Assembly (NCBI GenBank): GCA_029261065.1
Contig: JAJDCB010000011.1
Location: 111,168 to 175,167, forward strand
Source of the DNA: Candidatus Omnitrophota bacterium
GTDB lineage: Bacteria; Omnitrophota; Gorgyraeia; Zapsychrales; Zapsychraceae
Reading direction: 5' to 3'
DNA: 64,000 nt
Positions 15,001-21,000 of this stretch are shown here, one piece after another; the first letter of the stretch is position 1, and each line of letters begins with the position of its first letter. The translations under genes were made by a program, and so were the position numbers. The notes under the pieces are model-generated. The model searched no databases. It had not been told where the DNA came from and saw only the letters and a program-made list of their open reading frames with translations.

Positions 15001-18000
15001 GTGAGGAAGGTAGTACGGATAAAACATCGAAAAAACGATTCGTCTATGTTCGAGAAACAAAAAGAAGAGGGGCTCATGGCGATAGCGAGTCAAACTTTAA
15101 ACTTATGTTTTCTTCCAAGGAGATAAAGGTCGACAATGATGAATTTATAGAGGAATTTGGACAATTTGTTAGATTGTACAAAAAAGATGATGGTTGGCAA
15201 TTGGAGCGGTTTTATCCACTTGGTTCGAAAAGCGATATGGTTAATCCGTATGGTGGAACAGGCGTGGATACCCTCATTTGGGAGTATTTTACGACGGCCA
15301 TTAAATCACAATATCACGGTTTTTATAATTCAGGAACAGAAAATTATAGAGCTGTTAGAAGCTATCTAATCAATAGTGCGCGGGGTAATGGCTTACTTCA
15401 ATCGATAAAAATAGGACACAGTAGAAGGCAAAATTTAGAAAAAGTAAAAATGGATGGAAGGTTTTTCGGAGAGGAAAATTTTAGGGCGCTGTATATACAG
15501 AATATGAGTAGAAAAATAAAATTATTTTCATTAATAGCGCTAGGAGAAAACGAATACCAGGCGCACACGATTGATGAGTCATTTTTAGGAACGGAATTTT
15601 TAATTGATGGAGATAGGGTAGTAGTTACCTTCCCTTCAGGTGACGTCATTAAAGACGGAATAAAGGTTGGGCATATTCAAGAAGTTACAAGAACTATTTA
15701 TGTAAACAGCAAGCCAGTTTCTTCACCACTAGTAAAAATATTCTACGATAGCTTAAGCAATTCCACTCGTCAATTCTCCGGTAAGCAAAGCGAAGAAACA
15801 CAAAGAGCCATAGATGGTCAATTTACTCGTGTTGCTGGACAAAACGAGATGGATATCTTCTTAAGAGATTATGATCCAATCTTAATGGAGGTGAGGCGTT
15901 CATTACAAAATTTAATGGGTCAAATGTTTATGCAAACATCGGAGCTTCTTTCAAACGGGTTTTATTATATCAATTCGAATACACCTTCACCGAGAGATGA
16001 TTTCAACATGAAATCAAGACAGAATATTGTTTTTCGACGGTTCGGTGTCGGTGATTTAGGTTTACTTGGGCTGCACAGATCAGCAATGGTGAATAATATA
16101 GACATTAAAGGAACTGGAGACGATGGCATCTATCCATTTCTTCTCAACGATCCTTTAAAAGGTTTCAACTCAAGATTTTTAGAATTTGGTAACTTACGAT
16201 GGTTAGCAAGAGGAGAAGCATTAGTGGCATTACGTTTACAAGAAGTTGCCCTAGAAGCATTAGGTGAACCGATCATGATTTCTACGCCTTTTGATATTAT
16301 TTCGACACAATACATTCCATTTAATGGAAGTATTATTTCGTTAGAAGATTATTTTATAAACTATATTGAGCAGCATCCCCAAGCCAGAAACTATTTTGCA
16401 CAATTTAATGCAGGTAAATCTGAAAAAGTGACCAACACAAAATCTATTCAAGAAGACATAAAATATTTTTTATCAACATACGGTGTGGCGCAGCTACGTT
16501 CATGGTTGCCAACAGATATGCGATCCGCGATAACAGACATTGCGACATCAAAGGGTTTAGAGGTATTATTTGAAGAACTTTTTCGTCTTCATAATGAAGA
16601 TTTCGTTAAACCTCTTGAAGCGGGTGACCCGAATCAATATCGTTCTTTGATCAAGAAGTACAATATGTCTCAAATAATTAGCATATTAAACAAATCCGCC
16701 ATTCATTTGGGTCGTGCCATTGGTGTTATTTTAGGAATTGGAGCAAACGTTGAGCAATCTTTTGCTAAAAGAAATTTAACGGGTTTCTTTATAGGTAAAG
16801 ACTACGATGATGGATATGTACCATCAAGGTTTCAAGAGCAGTTTATTTATAAAAGAGTAGCTGAGCCAGGATTAAAATGGCACGTTTCACAAGGAGTACT
16901 CACGTTACAGGATTTGGGTGAATTTTTATTGGGCCGTGATGCAGAGAATGTGACGCGTGCTGCAGAAAAAATACTAAAAGAAACGGTATACGAAACGTAT
17001 ATACAAGTCCAAGAAACCATCATCGAAGACCCAAATCAAATTGTTTTTCAACCAGCCTTTATTAAAGGTCTTAGACAATGGCGAGACCAGAAAGGTTTTG
17101 CATTGTTGAAAGCCAAGACATCATCAGCATTAAGTCTTATTCAATCAATAAGTTATCGAGAATTGACACCATTTATTTCTGACAGCACCTCCAGCCCGTT
17201 AGTGAAATTTGATGCTAGATCCGCAACAAGTTCTTCGCCATTAAAATCCAAAGTTCTTAAAATATTTCCAAAGGAAAAAGAGACGGTTTTATATCAGTTT
17301 TTAAATAAACTAAAATCAATTATTCCTGAAAATCTCATTGATTCTGTAGATCGGGCTAGTACTTATGAGGCCTGGGACGTTCATCCGGAATATGGTTATC
17401 CTAGACGGAAGCAGGTGGAACTCAAAATTTTATTGGACAATTATAAGTATGACGCGCACACATTAAATGAGGCGGACGAAGAAAAGGCTGTTACGGATAT
17501 TCTTAAACTAGCTGCATGGATTGTTATTGGACATAAAAGTGTTTTAGGTCCAAATATAAATGAAGATAATAGGATTTTCCTTGAAAGTGTTGATGAAGTT
17601 ATGGCCCATATAAAAAATAAAAATAATATATTTAAGGTTGTTGAATATTTTAAATTAAATCGGTATAGATACTTGCCAACTATTTTAAGGGCACGTGTCG
17701 CATTTCATCTTTATAAGTCCGGAGATACAGTAAATGCAAAAAGATTGTTTATATCTGCAATGAGACAAGCACAAAAACATACTTTAGAAATAAATGATGC
17801 TTTTCGTTTATATGTTTATATTGCTCATCAACATTTATTGTTAGGCAGAATTGCTACAGGGAGGCGAATATTACGGAGAATAATGTCTGATGGGAAAATA
17901 GAAAAATCATTTGAATTGACTGTGGCTTTAAATTATTTAGATTCCGGCTATGGGTTCCATGCTTTAAAAATTGTTCAGCCTATGGGAGCAGAAGATCAAT

Positions 18001-21000
18001 TTAACTTTTATTTGCATATGGCCAGGAGAGAAGTTGATCATGGTCAATTTGATCAAATGATTAAATCAACACTTCCGATTTTAAATAATTTGATAAGGGA
18101 AGGACCTTATATTAGTAACGGATCATTTCATATGTATAACTTATTAATTCATGCGACTCAAAAGCTTAATGCGGCACAACGCATCGATGCTGCTCATCTG
18201 ATGATGAAAGAAGCAACCAGATTTGCAAAAGAAGTGAGTTTTCCTCCTGATTCAATTAAATCATTGGAACTAGAACGTTTAGTTTTGAAAATTCTCTTAA
18301 AGGTAACAAGATCAAAAAATAAATACCAAGAGATAAATAGGGCTTATTTTGCCTTGGATCAAATTCGATTAGGACAATTAGATCAAGCTATGGAGACGAT
18401 AGGTGAGATAAAATTGATTCATAATAAAATTGTCCTGGAAATCTTCATGGCAAGTTATCTGTTAATGTCAAGAAATGAAAGAAAAGCAGATTTATTAATT
18501 AGAGAGATAAAGAAACGTATGAATGAAAAAATTCGTCGAGTAGGTGTTCGTTTAATCCTTTATACATATCTTTTTGTAAAATTAGTTGAGTCAGGCTATC
18601 TCAATAAAGCTAAACAAATAGCTAATATTATTTTTAGAGAAATTCGTCAATTAAGAAAAATTGACAATGTATGGGTGGCTCGTATCAGCCAAATTATTAA
18701 ACAGGCGTTGTTAGTGACCTTGCCTGAACATGATAGGCCTTTGAGGGAATTAGGTGGATTATATCAGCATATTGAAAGGGGTATGAGTTTAGGGATTAAC
18801 GCTGCTTTTAAATTAATGATTGATATTTCTGGAAAGTTTCCAATCAATTCAGAAAATGAACAGTTATTTAGCAAGGAGGTGCACAATGCATCGAATTGGA
18901 TTCAGCACTATAAAGATGACATTGGTTTTATGTATCTATTCTATCCCGAATTTAAGCAATACGAAACCTTAGCTGAGTTTGACCAAGCTTTTCAAAAACA
19001 ATCTCAGGATCTTATTTTGAATGGATTTCCATTGGAATCTTCTAGAAGAACACAAATCCTTGTCTTTATGGGAATACGGTTTGCTGGAATTAAGACGATA
19101 GAATTAAAAGAGCTCGAGGACCGTTGGGACAAAATTCAACATTTTGAAAATAATAATCCTGGTTCATTTGCACGTGCATTTAATGATCGTGGATATCCCA
19201 TTTTGTTTATAAAATCGCTTCGTAGAAAAGTTAGAGCCGATGAGGTGAAATGGGGTAAGCTCTGGGCTCATTGGCGTCCGATTTATCATATGCAATATCA
19301 TTTGCTTCACGGAAAAACGGATGACGTTGTTATGGATGGCTTCGCAGAAGGAAAGCGTATGCCTATTTTAGATGAGAAGACAAGGGATCGGTTTTTTAGA
19401 AGAAGTTACGCTTACGTGTTGATTGAAGAGCAGTTACATAAGGATTCCTCATTAGCTGATCGTATTGGAATAATGAATACAAGAAAGTTAGATCTGTTTC
19501 TTTTTCATCATCCAGAATTGGAGAATATTCAGGATATTATATTTGAAAGAAGATCAGATGAAGAGTTTCAAAAAAGGTTTAGAAAGGCCATGTTTAAAGT
19601 GACATTGTGGATGAGTAATTTTTTTACAAATGATAAGAGCGGCCAATTTGCAAGATTGGCTCGGCTGATATTGTTTTCTTATGAATTTAATAAAGAATGG
19701 CATATGAAATTTAACGATTCTGAGAATCCGGATGATCAATTTGCTTCCTTTTATGCCTTTTTCAATGACGCCATCAATCATTTACCCAACCAACTCAATT
19801 TCTCAATCAGCCAATTTAAGAAATTAGAGGAGAGCATAAATGAATTTAGAAATCCAATATTTGAGGAAATGAATGCCGCTCATGTTGATGAGTATGAAGA
19901 TATTGATGGTGGTTTCTGGTTAGTCCCTGTTGGATTTTTAGGTTTAGCTCGAGGAAAGGCGGGCCTTGGTGATTGTTCCTTTAATTGTGGATCCGCTGGC
20001 GATCCTTTTAGCCGATTTATGAGTCAGGATGCCATAAACTATTTTGTTTATGAGGGTAATAGAGATCTAAATAGAAAAGTTACTGAAAGGTTAAAGACTA
20101 ATGAGCATGGTTTAACGGCATTTGATTTTGCTTCGGGTCAAAATCTGAAAGGTTATATTGGTTTGCATGAAGCTCAAAGTTTAAATGGAAGAAGAAAAGT
20201 GATGGCCATGGACACCATTGGAACCCCACAGATTATTGTCGAGCAACAAATTAGAGAATTATTAAAACAGGTTGAACAAGTTGCCCATGCCAAGGGTTTT
20301 GAATCAACGGCCTTACCGCACAACTTAGGACCTTCATTTACACATCAAAATAAAGAAGTCATTCAAAAAATGCCCGAATTCCGCAAGAAACGGATGATCA
20401 AATTAAGATCGTTGCACGATAGTAAGTGGCAGAAGTTTACAGAAATGTTCGGGAAAGATAAATATCATTCCATCGAAGACGGACGCTTTAGACTAGTTAA
20501 ATTGGAGGAAGAAGTATCAAGTCTAATGACACTCAGAGGTTCTTCCCCGCTTAACCGCATTGATTTCATCATCGAATTTCTTCTAGCCGGCGAACTAGAT
20601 GTAGCCCTAAAAGCTTTTCACAGAAAACCACCACAATCATCATATGATTTTGATTTTAAGACAATCATGATGGCGCTTAATATAAAATTGCCTGAAAGGG
20701 CAGGCCATGCGATTCTTGGAGCACTTGATCATCAAAGACAAGCGCATGTTATAACCAGACAATTTGTAGAACGCATTAATACAACGAGTAGAGTTGTATC
20801 AGAAGATTTACTCGTAGAAGAGAGGGTTTTACTGGAGCATACAATAGAGGTGGCCGCTTGGATATTTGACGAAATTGAACAAATTGACCCTGTCTATCAA
20901 TTGCCTCGAGATAAAGTGTTTTCTTCCTTTGGCATTTCGGGTCTTCATATCGAGAGAGACATCCATGATTTAGAACTAGATCGTAGAGCCTTAGAATGGC